Source: Eledone cirrhosa
Lineage: Eukaryota
NCBI GenBank assembly: GCA_964016885.1
Contig: OZ024741.1
Coordinates: forward strand, 363,134,001 to 363,198,000
Direction: 5' to 3'
Length of the DNA: 64,000 nt
The notes under the pieces were generated by a model, which made no database searches, was not told where the DNA came from, and saw nothing but the letters and a program-made list of their open reading frames with translations. Positions 13,060 through 27,060 of this stretch are shown here, in pieces. Each line of letters begins with the position of its first letter. Position 1 is the stretch's first letter. The position numbers and the translations under genes are program-made.

Positions 13060-14640
13060 ATAATACAGCTGTGTGTGTGAGGGGATTGGCGGTGTTTGAT
13101 TTGCCGGTGACGAAACGTTTATAAAGTCGGAAGTTTTTGTGGACATATAAACTGGTGGATAGAGGGGATCGTAATAGGAGAGAAGGCAAAAATACAGTTG
13201 ACATAAAGAGTGATAGAATAGTGATTAATAGAGAGGACAAGATGAGAGAAACCAATCCATAATAATAATGTTTTCTAATTTAGGCACAAGGCCAGCAATT
13301 TTGAAGGGAAGGGAAAGTCGATTATATCGACCCAGTACTTGACAGGTACTTTTGACCGAGAAGCATGAAAGGTAAATTTGAATCCACAATAATAATATTG
13401 GTTTCTGATTTAGGCACAAGGCCAACGATTCCGGAAGAGGGGAAAGTCGACTAAATCAACCCCAATGCATTACTGGTACTTTATTTTATCGACCGGGGGT
13501 GGATGGTCGGATTTGAACTCAGAATGTAAAGGGCCGTAACTATATACCGTGAAGCATGTTGTCCGACACTGCTAATCCCCCGCCCATATCCACAATAATA
13601 ATAATTGTTTCTACTTTTGGCACAAGGCCAGCAATTACTTAGTCCATTACTGGTACTTTATTTTATCGACCCCGTAAGGATGAAAGGCAAAGTTAACATA
13701 TCCACAATAATAATAATGATGTCAAATTTAAGCACAATGTCAGCAATTTGGGGGTGAAGACGATAAGTTGATTATATCGACATCCAGGGCATGACTGGAA
13801 CTTTACTTTATCGACCCCAGAAAGAATGAAAGGCAAAGTTGACCTCGACTCGATTTTAACATAGACCATAAAGAGACTAATATCGTGAGGCCTTTTGTCC
13901 AACTCTACACATTTATAATAATGTTAATGGTTTGAAATTTAGGCACAAGGCCAGCAATTTTTTTTTGTTGGGGGGGGGGGGGGGCGATTAAATCGTTCTC
14001 AGTACCCGACTGGTATTTTATTATATAATAAATAATAATTAAATAAAAATAACCACTAATATAATTTCATCCAGAAGACCAGACCGTCTTAGAAAAATGA
14101 AGTGACTTTGGAAATTTGTTATACCAAACGAAATATTAGTGACTAATCAGGTAACAGAAAATTGTCAATAAAATATAACTGAAGCAGTTAGGCTTTCAAT
14201 ATATATATAAGTGTGTATCAATACTTATTTCACTACATTTTATACACATATAATTTTATATACATACAATATATATATATATATACACATGTATATGACT
14301 TTGTGTGTGTATGTACGTATGTATGCATATATACATATCTGCTGTAAGTCTATTTCAAATACATGTATACCTTCCTCTACATATTCACACATATTGGTAT
14401 GTTTGGCACTCGTATATAATACAGCTGTGCGTGTTGTTTACATACATACATACGTGTGTGTGTGTATATATATGAGGGGGTGGGGTGTTTGATTTGCCGG
14501 TGACAAAATGTTTATAAAGTCGGAAGTTTTTGTAGACATATAAACTGGTGGATAGAGGGGTCGTCATAGAGGGAGAGAAGGCAAAAATACAGTTGACATG
14601 AAGAGTGATAGAATAGTGGTTAATAGAGAGGACAAGATGA
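13060..14640. repeat. ~190-bp direct repeat (13060-13247 and ~14417-14640) flanking a SINE array
   Basis: GGTGTTTGATTTGCCGGTGAC...GAGAGGACAAGATGA is present twice with few differences. Confidence 0.9.
13261..14020 (-). mobile_element. Array of five 5'-truncated Nin/Deu-domain-like SINE copies with (ATT)n tails; relatives at ~9330-9480, ~12170-12230 and ~12600-12760
   Basis: Repeated aataataat...ttaggcacaaggccagcaatt...actggtactttattttatcgacccc..aaggatgaaaggcaaag. Its reverse complement GCCTTTCATCCT..GGGGTCGATAAAAT..GTACCAG resembles the Nin/Deu SINE core. Confidence 0.75.
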
Positions 14641-14708
14641 TAGAAGCCTGAATAAAGTGAGTGTGACCAGAGCGATAAAGAGAGGGAAAGAGAGAGTGTG
14701 TATGTATG

Positions 14709-14763
<55 letters not shown>

Positions 14764-14779
14764 CGCTAAAGCAGAAATT

Positions 14780-15103
14780 AATAGGAGTGTCATAGAAAGA
14801 AAAAGGAAGAGAATACCGAAGGAAGAATAGGAGTGTCAGACAGATAGAGGACGGAACAGTTAGAGAGAGAGGGAGAGACAGAGAGTGTGTGCGTGAGAGT
14901 AGGGAAGTGAGTTAGACAGACAGTGACTGCAGAAAGGAACTGGAGTGTCAGATAGAGAGAGACGGAGAGGGCAAGAGAAGAAGAGAAGAGAAATTGACGA
15001 GCAGAGAGCGACGGAGGTGGTGGTGGCCCAATGAGGTTTGGAGTATGTTTTAATGGTTAATCCTTGAGAACGGAAGTCTTGTACCAGTCACAGGTGGGGA
15101 ACC
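14780..15103 (+). promoter_or_regulatory. Probable promoter/5' UTR of the THAP gene (GA-rich tract, CCAAT at 15028-15032)
   Basis: Purine-rich GAGA repeats and a CCAAT box just upstream of the THAP ATG. Positional inference only. Confidence 0.4.
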
Positions 15104-15350
15104 ATGCCGAGTAGTTGTATAGTGAAAGGTTGCAAGAGTGTCCAGAAGAAAAACCAGGCGATCCATTTTTACCGGTTGCCGTGGAATGACCGTCCACTGC
15201 TGCGAAAGTGGGTGGAAAGAGCCGGCTACAACCTCAATGATCCCAGCGACGTGGAGAGAATCAGTAAAGAGAGCAGCAGGGTGTGTAGTCTTCATTTCAA
15301 GAACAATGTTCGGATGGGGAAAAAAGATTTGCCACGGATCAACCTACTCG
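15104..15350 (+). CDS. THAP zinc-finger domain protein, first coding exon; downstream exons not identified in the window
   Basis: MPSSCIVKGC...FYRLP...LLRKW...RVCSLHF...LP gives the N-terminal C2CH THAP signature with conserved P, W, F, P. ACCATG start; donor CG|GTAAGG at 15351. Confidence 0.88.
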
Positions 15351-18125
15351 GTAAGGAAATAATTATCTAGATAAAACAAGTGTCTGACTGCTAGCTTGTT
15401 GACACCTTTAGAAAAGCTTGCAATTTATAGATGTTATTTATGTTGTGATTTACTATTATTATTATTATTATTAATAATAATGATAATAATAATTTCTAAG
15501 GCCATGCTTCATTAAGCGTGTCAGAATACCAACGAGATTTATAATTTCTTTCTTTACCGTTCATGTAATTCCATCTTCAGGTTCAAATGTAGCTTTAAAA
15601 AATCTGTTGTTGATTTTTATATAACGGTTGTAGCAGTGGTGAAACACTACTACCATATCTGGTACACTCGCATACACATACATACACTCAAAGACAAATA
15701 TGAACTTACACTTATACATTCATCTGTAATACACACACATTTATATGTATGTCTCTATATTCACACATTTATACGTACATAGTTATATTTATTCAGATAT
15801 GCATATATACACACACTAATACACATGCATCAACAGATAGATATATTAAACATGTGCGTTTTATTTTTACCAATCTTCATTCGGCGCGTGTTGACTGACG
15901 CATGTTTGAATTAAAATTAAGGCAAATAGCCACTGGATCACCATGTACACGCTAGATCTATCGTTGGGATTTTAATCTTAAATGAAAATAATAATCATAA
16001 TAATTTGTCTGTTTTCCGAAAAATAAATAAAATCAAGGTTGATTGATATTTCTGTTGCTTTTTCTTCGTTCTTATTTAAGAAATCCACACGTGTTGCGTG
16101 TGTGTCAGTCTAGAAGCACTACTACTACTGTGTAGAGTGGATTCTCAGAAATAGCCACTTGTGGATCCTACCCCAACACTGCTTCGTTATTCATTCGTAG
16201 TTAAGTCGTTATCCGTAGTAATAATAATGTTCTCTGTTTCAATAAGAACCCGTTAATGCTATTTATTATAACACCGCAATATATTGACTTTACAAAAACA
16301 ATAGGTCAAACAATTTTTTTTTTATTTTTTTTTTATTAGACCTAAATATTTTATTAGTGTTCAATTGGTACTTCCTCATTGTAATAAATTCACAGTTTTT
16401 TTTCTGTTTGTCTGTTTTAATATCAAACATCTAATTGGAAAACGAACGATCAATTTGCCAGGCAGGTGTTCGCATTTGACATGTGTTTCTAGAAGTTTTT
16501 CATTTTTTCCATTCTTTCTTTCTCGCTCTTAACCCTCTCCTTTACTAACCTTGTTTGTTTTCCCACCCTCCCACTCTACGTTATTTTTTTTTTTTGTTTC
16601 GTTTTATCAACGCTCTCCAATTTTATTTTCTTCTCTTATCTCTAATTTATTTGTTTTATTAATTCATTCTGACAATTTCGCCATATTGTTTCTACTGGCT
16701 ATTTGAATAGAGTTTCTGGCATTGGACCCCACCGAGACATCTTTTCCTGGTGACACGCATCTACATCCCGTCACCATATCGTTCGTGTGTACACATACAT
16801 GTATGTGTGTGAATGTGCACACGTACATATGTGTATGTATATGTATGTACTCGTCATTATCAATTATTAGCTGTCGAGACTAGCATTTCTGCTGTTATTT
16901 ATTTTACTTCTGATCATTTAAAGATTTATTTCAACACATCAATTATAGTTGTGACATTTTACATCACACATACAAGCACAGGCATATACATCGTGTGTCT
17001 GTTTTTTTTTTTTCTTCAAAATTTTCATCCCATTCAGATGTTTTGATCGATAAAAATATCCGCAGTTGATGTTATTATATATAATCGTCTCTAGGCAATT
17101 TTACAAACATGTTTTACTCTTTATCCTCTGGGTGGTTTAGTTGACGCACAATTCTCTTGTTCCTTTTTATGTTGCTGTTGATGGGATGAAATGTTAAGTT
17201 TTTGTGAAAGTAAGTGAAGTTTCTAATTAGTAAAATGTCGCCCCGGTTTATTTGTTGTTGTTTTTCTTTTGGTTGAAATTTGAATATGGACAGTGTATAT
17301 GAGTAACTGGGGTGGGAGAGCAATCTTCGGATTATTTGTCAGTATTCAGGTCATGCTGACATGTCTCACACTACTAATTGTCTACCAAAAACCCTCTCCA
17401 ACACCGCTCCAAACTTGTCTGTAATTAACCACTATTTTCACCTTTTAGTGCAATTAGCGAATAGGGGGCTCTCCTATTGGATTAGACATAAAAATAGTCT
17501 CGCCTCACATGCGAAATATTATATGTAATTTGCCATTTCCTTCAGCAAGACAGGCTTCTTCGTTGATTAGGAAATCCTAGTGTACCTGAAGGAAACTTAT
17601 TCAATCAAACATAAGATGAAGTGATTAAGTTAGATCACTGGATGTTGGTTGAGATAAATAGCGATGACCTGTCCGACCCATTGCAGTATGGGAAAAAAAT
17701 CGGGCGTTATATCGACGACGACAATAATGATGCATATATATTAGCATAATGAAATATTCATATAATGTGAATGAAATGTTTTTTCCACGTTAGCATATAT
17801 TTTTATTGGGTAATGTGCTAAAGAGGGGCAGTTACCTTAGCTAATTCAGGCCCTGTTGGACGATCGTGATTTGCTGTACAAAAAACGTAGAGATGGTTGG
17901 AGTGGATAATGAGTGAAAATCTTCAGAGCTAACGACTTTGTTGTGGTTAATTAACCCTGATCCAGCAGATCTATGATCAAAGGTTTTCCAGTCATGACCA
18001 TCCAGTCTTTTATATATTGTCTATGACTACTTTTTTCAATGTGTCTTTCCTATTTTCAAACTAAATTTTGATTTGAGAGCTGCTATTTCTAGTATAGATG
18101 AAACTAGTAAAAATTATATATATAT

Positions 18126-18330
18126 ATCATCATCATCATCATTTTACGTCCGCTTTTCCCTGCTTGCAAGGGTTGGACGGGTCCTATTCAGCACAGCATC
18201 TCTCCACTTGTCACGGTCCTTCGTCATCTCCTCGGTGAGTTTCAGCGAACTGAGGTCTGCTCTCATCACATCCGCCCATGTTTTTCGTGGTCTACCTCTA
18301 CTGCGTCTTCCTTCTACTGGGATTTCTTGG
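18126..18330 (-). mobile_element. 5'-truncated RTE, family-B-like 3' end, inserted in (TA)n
   Basis: (ATG)n tail and 3' sequence similar to 49917-50130; TA runs on both sides. Confidence 0.9.
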
Positions 18331-18404
18331 CATATATATAGTATTGCTAGCAGGAAAACAGGCGTTAACTAATGATGATGCCAATGATATGTATGTATAT
18401 ATAC

Positions 18405-19225
18405 ATATAACATCAATAAGAAGTGGTGTTCCCCAGGGAACTGCCTTGGAACCACTGCTGTTTGTGGTGGCTCTCTTAAACATGCCCTCCTTAGTACAGA
18501 CAACCTTCTTCACTAGCTATGCTGATGACATGAATGTAACACAGGCAATCAAGATTCTAGTCGATGCTACTCTCTTACAAGAAGACTTGGATGCCTTATA
18601 CAAATGGACTGAGGACAACAATATGCAGTTTAATGCCGGAAAATTTCAAGCTCTCCACTATCAATCCGCCAACACCAGGCCATTATAACAAAGCTACATG
18701 GGTAGGAGGAGTTGAAACCAAAAAAGGATCTGGATATTGACATAAGCAATGATGTATCAAATATGTGCATGAAAATGCACATATCACCAAAATGGCAGCA
18801 ATATGCACATGATGCACTGTTTCGATTCTGAGGACTTTCAAAACAAGAGACTGGGATGCCATGCTGGTCCTCTGAAGGACATTTATCTTCAACCGACTGG
18901 ACTATTGCTCTTAGCTGTGGTCACCCCACAGTGTCCAACTAACTACAGAGCTTGAAGCAATCCAATGAAGCTAAATCAAGAGGATTGCCTTAATGAAGGA
19001 GATCAGTTGTTGGGAGAGGCTGAAAGAACTAAAGCTCTACTCCCTGGCATGAACATGGGAGATATATGCAGTGATATACATATGGCAAATCCTGGAAGGA
19101 CAAGCATCGAAACTTTGGCATTGACAGCTGGACCAACCCTCGAATTGGACACTAGTGTGTAGTGCGAAAGGTCCCATCCTTCACATCTAGAGTAAGGACC
19201 AGACACTGTAATAGTCTGGTAGTTA
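18405..19225 (+). mobile_element. Decayed CR1-type LINE RT fragment, same family as 42002-43298
   Basis: [45 protein letters not shown], then stops and frameshifts. Confidence 0.9.
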
Positions 19226-19597
19226 ATGAAAATATATATTATGAAGTATACAATAGAGTTATATCTGTAAATATAGTGTGTCAGAAAATATGAAATTGAA
19301 AAAAGGCCTAAACACCTTAATTAATTAACAATATGAGTGCTAATTATATGCAAATTAGTACATCCATTTCAAATGCTACTAGGAGCAAATGGCTATATGT
19401 TTTTTCTTGTGGTTGTTTAGATGATATACACACAAATAAGGGCTGAATCATTTAAAGGTGTTTATCATTTTTTTTTCAATTGTATTTTCTAACATGTTTA
19501 CTTGTCTACATATGAAACTGTGCATACATATTTATATACACTTGGTGCAGTCTTGGTTACCCACTGTATATCATCATCATCATCATCATCACCGTTT

Positions 19598-19634
<37 letters not shown>

Positions 19635-19639
19635 ATATA

Positions 19640-19670
<31 letters not shown>

Positions 19671-19698
19671 TTATGTATGTATATATATATATGTATGT

Positions 19699-19732
<34 letters not shown>

Positions 19733-19807
19733 GTATATGTATGTATGTATATATATGTATGTATGTATATATATGTATGTATGTATATATATATATATGT
19801 ACGTATG

Positions 19808-19838
<31 letters not shown>

Positions 19839-20055
19839 AGGTAAACAGAAATAACAACACAATTGGTTCTGTATATGGAAGGGATATATTAGGTGAATGC
19901 TTGATATAGCAGAAAGAGGGTCTTAACGTTTTAGACGCTAGTCCTTCATCAGAAGAAAGAATGAGTAATAAGATAGATTGATGGGATGATGTGTATGTAT
20001 ATATACATATGTATGTATATATATATGTGTGTGTGTATATATATATATGTGTGTG

Positions 20056-20088
<33 letters not shown>

Positions 20089-20136
20089 GTATATATATAT
20101 GTATATATATATGTATGTATGTATATATATATATAT

Positions 20137-20750
20137 ATCATCATCATCATCATCATCACCGTTTTACGTCCGTTCTTCCACGCTAGCATGGGTTAGACGG
20201 GTTGTCCTGTTGTGGGCAGTGTCTGGTCGGCTGACCATGCCTTGCTCATACAGGAACTGATCTGGCTTGATTTCTACAGCTGGATGCCCTTCCTAACACC
20301 AACCTCATTTACAGTGAGTGCTGGGTGCTTTTTCGTGGCGCCTACACGTCCACTTTACAGTGTGGGCTGGGTGCTTTTTTGCCGTGGCACCTCCACGACC
20401 ACCTTGCGGTGGGGGGAGTGGGGGCATATTGTTTATATGCTTCAGCATGTACCCATGGGAGGTCGGGTACCCTGTATTACTGCGTGACGCCAGAAGTCAC
20501 GGTCGTGTGTCATTGACTTTGAGAGGTGTAGTTGGGTAAGGTCGGCTTTTATCACCTCATCCCAAGTCATCTTGGGTCTCCCCACTCCGCGGTTTCCATC
20601 AACTTCTAGTGCTCTGCACCTTTTTATGCAGCTGTCATCCTTCATACACATCACATGTCCATACCAGCTTAACCGCCTCTCCTGCACGCAGCATTTGATT
20701 CCTCTTATGCTCAGTCTCTCTCTCAATTCCTTTATGCTTTGTCGTTCACG
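20137..20750 (-). mobile_element. RTE family C, 5'-truncated (duplicate at 22432-23048)
   Basis: Encodes ERRL(S/R)WYGHVM...[11 protein letters not shown]; ~300-bp 3' UTR; (ATG)n tail. Confidence 0.92.
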
Positions 20751-20777
20751 TTTGTATATATATATATATATCACATT

Positions 20778-21312
<535 letters not shown>

Positions 21313-21662
21313 ATATATATACATATATATATGTGTGTATATATATATGTGTATATATATATATATATATGTGTATATATATATATATGTGTATATATAT
21401 ATCATATATATATATATATGTGTATATATATATATGTATATATATATATGTGTATATATATATATATATGTGTATATATGTATATATATATATATATGTG
21501 TATATATATATATGTATATATATATATGTGTATATATATATATATATGTGTATATATGTATATATATATATATATGTGTATATATATATATATGTGTGTA
21601 TATATATGTATGTATATATATTTATGTATGTATATATATGTATGTATGTATATATATATATG

Positions 21663-21694
<32 letters not shown>

Positions 21695-21716
21695 TATGTA
21701 TGTATATATATATATG

Positions 21717-21748
<32 letters not shown>

Positions 21749-21752
21749 TATG

Positions 21753-21784
<32 letters not shown>

Positions 21785-22348
21785 TATGTATGTATGTATA
21801 TATATGTATGTATGTATATATATGTACGTATGTATATATATATATATATATATGTATGTATATATATGTACGTATGTATATATATATATGTATGTATGTA
21901 TGTATATGTACGTATGTATATATATATATGTATGTATGTATGTATATGTACGTATGTATATATATATATGTATGTATGTATATGTATGTATATATATGTA
22001 TGTATGTATATGTATGTATATATATGTATGTATGTATATGTATGTATATATATATGTATGTATGTATATGTATGTATGTATATTTATATGTACGTATGTA
22101 TATATATATGTATATATATATATGTATGTTTGTATAGGTAAACAAAAATATCAACACAATTGGTTCTGTATATGGAAGGGATATATTAGGTTAATGCTTG
22201 ATATAGCAGAAAGAGGGTCTTAACGTTTTAGACGCTAGTCCTTCATCAGAAGAAAGAATGAGTAATAAGATAGATTGATGGGATGATGTGTATGTATATA
22301 TACATATGTATGTATATATATATATGTGTGTGTGTATATATATATATG

Positions 22349-22387
<39 letters not shown>

Positions 22388-23075
22388 GTATATATATATG
22401 TATATGTATGTATGTATATATATATATATATATCATCATCATCATCATCATCATCACCGTTTTACGTCCGTTCTTCCACGCTAGCATGGGTTAGACGGGT
22501 TGTCCTGTTGTGGGCAGTGTCTGGTCGGCTGACCATGCCTTGCTCATACAGGAACTGATCTGGCTTGATTTCTACAGCTGGATGCCCTTCCTAACACCAA
22601 CCTCATTTACAGTGAGTGCTGGGTGCTTTTTCGTGGCGCCTACACGTCCACTTTACAGTGTGGGCTGGGTGCTTTTTTGCCGTGGCACCTCCACGACCAC
22701 CTTGCGGTGGGGGGAGTGGGGGCATATTGTTTATATGCTTCAGCATGTACCCATGGGAGGTCGGGTACCCTGTATTACTGCGTGACGCCAGAAGTCACGG
22801 TCGTGTGTCATTGACTTTGAGAGGTGTAGTTGGGTAAGGTCGGCTTTTATCACCTCATCCCAAGTCATCTTGGGTCTCCCCACTCCGCGGTTTCCATCAA
22901 CTTCTAGTGCTCTGCACCTTTTTATGCAGCTGTCATCCTTCATACGCATCACATGTCCATACCAGCGTAACCGCCTCTCCTGCACGCAGCATTTGATTCC
23001 TCTTATGCTCAGTCTCTCTCTCAATTCCTTTATGCTTTGTCGTTCACGTTTGTATATATATATATATATCACATT

Positions 23076-23121
<46 letters not shown>

Positions 23122-23403
23122 AATGAGATCGTGTAGGTGTCACGACAAAAAACACACAGTCCACGCTGTAATGTGGCCGTGTAGGCAACACGGTAAAAAC
23201 CTCCCAGTCCCACACTGTAAATGTGGTTGGTGTTAGGAAGGGCATTCAGCTGTAGAAAACCCGCCAGACAGTCCTATGCGAGCAAGACAACCACTCTTGC
23301 CTCAAGTGGGAAAAGCCTCGTCCAAACCCATGCAAGCGTGGAACATGGACGTTAAACGATGATGATATATATATATATATGTGTGTGTGTATATATATAT
23401 ATA

Positions 23404-23542
<139 letters not shown>

Positions 23543-24279
23543 ATATATATATATATATATATGTGTGTGTATATATATATGTGTATATATATATATATGT
23601 GTATATATATATATATGTGTATATATATATATATGTGTATATATATATATGTGTGTATATATATATATGTATGTATATATATTTATGTATGTATATATAT
23701 ATATGTATGTGTGTATATATATATATGTATGTATATATATTTATGTATGTATATATATATATGTATGTATGTATATATATGTATGTATGTATATATATGT
23801 ACGTATGTATATATATATATATATATATGTATGTATATATATGTACGTATGTATATATATATATGTATGTATGTATGTATGTATATGTACGTATGTATAT
23901 ATATATATGTATGTATGTATATGTATGTATGTATATGTATGTATATATATGTATGTATGTATATGTATGTATATATATGTACGTATGTATATATATATGT
24001 ATGTATGTATATATATGTACGTATGTATATATATATGTATATATATATATGTATGTTTGTATAGGTAAACAAAAATATCAACACAATTGGTTCTGTATAT
24101 GGAAGGGATATATTAGGTTAATGCTTGATATAGCAGAAAGAGGGTCTTAACGTTTTAGACGCTAGTCCTTCATCAGAAGAAAGAATGAGTAATAAGATAG
24201 ATTGATGGGATGATGTGTATGTATATATACATATGTATGTATATATATATATATATGTGTGTATATATATATATGTATA

Positions 24280-24353
<74 letters not shown>

Positions 24354-24366
24354 TATATATTATAAT

Positions 24367-24765
24367 GGAGGCACATGGCTTAGTGGTTACAGCATTGGCC
24401 TTGCAATTGAAAGGTTGTGAGTTCAATTCTCAGACTGGGTGATGTGTTGTTTCCTTGAGCAAGGCACTTTATTTCACATTGCTCCAGTTTACTCAGCTGT
24501 AGAAATGAGATGATAGGGACTGGGGTCCATATCATTCCACTGTAGAGTGGTCGTGGAGGTGCCACGGCAAAAAAAAAAAGCACCCAGCCCACACTGTACA
24601 GTGGACGTGTAGGTGCCACGGAAAAAAAAGCACCCAGCACTCACTGTAAATGAGGTTGGTGTTAGGAAGGGCATCCAGCTGTAGAAATCAAGCCAGAATC
24701 AGTTCCCGTCCCACCCTTGCAAGCAGGGAAAAGCGGACGTAAAATGAAAAGATGATGAATGATGA
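24367..24765 (+). mobile_element. tRNA-derived SINE with RTE-B 3' tail (second copy 37004-37335, minus strand)
   Basis: A box TGGCTTAGTGG (24376-24386) and B box GTTCAATTC (~24421). Central CCTTGAGCAAGGCACTT core. 3' end CCGTCCCACCCTTGCAAGCAGGGAAAAGCGGACGTAAAATG is identical to RTE-B. Confidence 0.9.
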
Positions 24766-24771
24766 TATATA

Positions 24772-24820
<49 letters not shown>

Positions 24821-24835
24821 ATATATATATGTATG

Positions 24836-24866
<31 letters not shown>

Positions 24867-24987
24867 GTGTATATATATATATGTGTATATACAAGACAAT
24901 CACTCTTGCCTCAAGTGGGAAAACCCCCGTCCAAACCCATGCAAGCGTGGAACACGGACGTTAAACGATGATGATGATGATATATAT

Positions 24988-25045
<58 letters not shown>

Positions 25046-25056
25046 ATATATATATA

Positions 25057-25131
<75 letters not shown>

Positions 25132-25458
25132 ATATATATATATATATATGTGTATATATATATATATATGTATATATAGAATAAGGTTAATATATATCTG
25201 AGGGTACAATGTACCCCCGGAAATATATAGTGTGTCTATGATTTAAGGTGGTTCTATGGTAATAATTTGATATACCAGAACTTAATATCAAGATAAGCAG
25301 AACAAGTAAAATTCAACCAATGTTTCAAAATAAATCAAAATTAATATATATATATATGTGTATATATATATATATATGTGTATATATATATATATGTGCA
25401 TATATATATATATATGTGTATATGTATATATGTGCATATATATATATATATGTATATA

Positions 25459-25489
<31 letters not shown>

Positions 25490-25575
25490 GTGTATATGTA
25501 TATATGTGCATATATATATATATATATATGTGTATATGTATATATATATATATATGTGTATATGTATATATGTGC

Positions 25576-25607
<32 letters not shown>

Positions 25608-25713
25608 ATATATATATATGTGCATATATATATATATATGTGTATATATATATGTGTATATATATATATATGTATATATATATATGTATATATATGTATA
25701 TGTATATATATAT

Positions 25714-26290
25714 GTATCCCAGTACAACCTGTCCCATGGTCGGCTCGTTGGCGACTAAACTGGCAATCCCACCAAGGTTTCTTGGTGAGGAGGGTGACTT
25801 TGGACATCCTGCAGGACTAAAAACAAAACCTGTCAAAGGGCAAAGGAGCTCTTAAGAGTCAATGGCCATCCAAAATCACCGGGAGAGATGACCCCTTAGC
25901 CTTTGTCAGGGCAGAATTCTAGGAGAAGGAAAACTCTGATATAACACCTGTAACTCTGATGGTATCCAATGATGTTGACTTGTTCTTCTTTTTGGTAAAT
26001 ATCATCTTGGTTAAGAGAGTGAGACTGGCTTTGTGCAGTGCCTTTGCTCACTATAAAAGCTTCACGGCACAGGCATTGCTTTATATCTGGATATCTCTCT
26101 GCACTTGTCGTCACATGGTACCATGGGCCCAGCACTATGTGTCAATAATTGTCACGAGTGTAGTGTTTGTACCAGAGTTTTCAAGTCGCTGGCTGGACTA
26201 AAAAGTCACACTCGTCAGTGCATCGGTAGGGGTTCTTCTACATGGATATAAAGTAGTGGCCGTACTCGAAAACGAGTTGGCAGCCACCAT
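25714..26290. mobile_element. Unclassified ~580-bp repeat, possibly a non-LTR 5' UTR (second, slightly longer copy 47170-47785)
   Basis: Two highly similar copies with the same right junction (gcagccaccat|atg), both embedded in TA arrays; no convincing ORF. Confidence 0.6.
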
Positions 26291-26292
26291 AT

Positions 26293-26330
<38 letters not shown>

Positions 26331-26387
26331 GTATATATATATATATGTATATATATGTATAGATATATATATATGTATATATATATG

Positions 26388-26440
<53 letters not shown>

Positions 26441-26441
26441 G

Positions 26442-26472
<31 letters not shown>

Positions 26473-26563
26473 GTATATATATATGTATATATATATGTAT
26501 ATATATATGTATATGTATATATATATGTATATGTATATATATATGTATATGTATATATATATG

Positions 26564-26614
<51 letters not shown>

Positions 26615-26861
26615 GTATATATATATGTATATATATATGTATATATATGTATATATATATATGTATATATATATGTATATATATGTATATATATATGTAT
26701 ATATATATATGTATATATATGTATATATATATGTATATATATATGTATATATATATATATATGTATATATATATGTATATATATGTATATATATATATAT
26801 GTATATATATATGTATATATATATGTATATATATATGTATATATATATGTATATATATATG

Positions 26862-26892
<31 letters not shown>

Positions 26893-27060
26893 GTATATAT
26901 ATATGTATATATATATATATATGTATATATATATGTATATATATATATATATGTATATATATATGTATATATGTATATATATGTATATATATGTATGTAT
27001 ATATATATGTATATATATGTATGTATATATATATGTATATATATATGTATATATATATGT

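Noticed and set aside
15104-15370. THAP exon as a P-element transposase
   Set aside because: No transposase core or TIRs were found in the window; left as a THAP-domain gene.
20280-20330. CCTAACAC...GTGG motif as a twister ribozyme
   Set aside because: Lacks the conserved twister P4/L4 nucleotides; the pairing fits the opposite-strand pseudoknots better.
24367-24440. tRNA gene
   Set aside because: A and B boxes continue into a SINE core and LINE tail; no proper acceptor stem.
25195-25232. ctga-gggtaca-a-tgtaccc-ccg-GAAA as a hammerhead
   Set aside because: CUGANGA is incomplete and stem I is absent; at most a decayed remnant.
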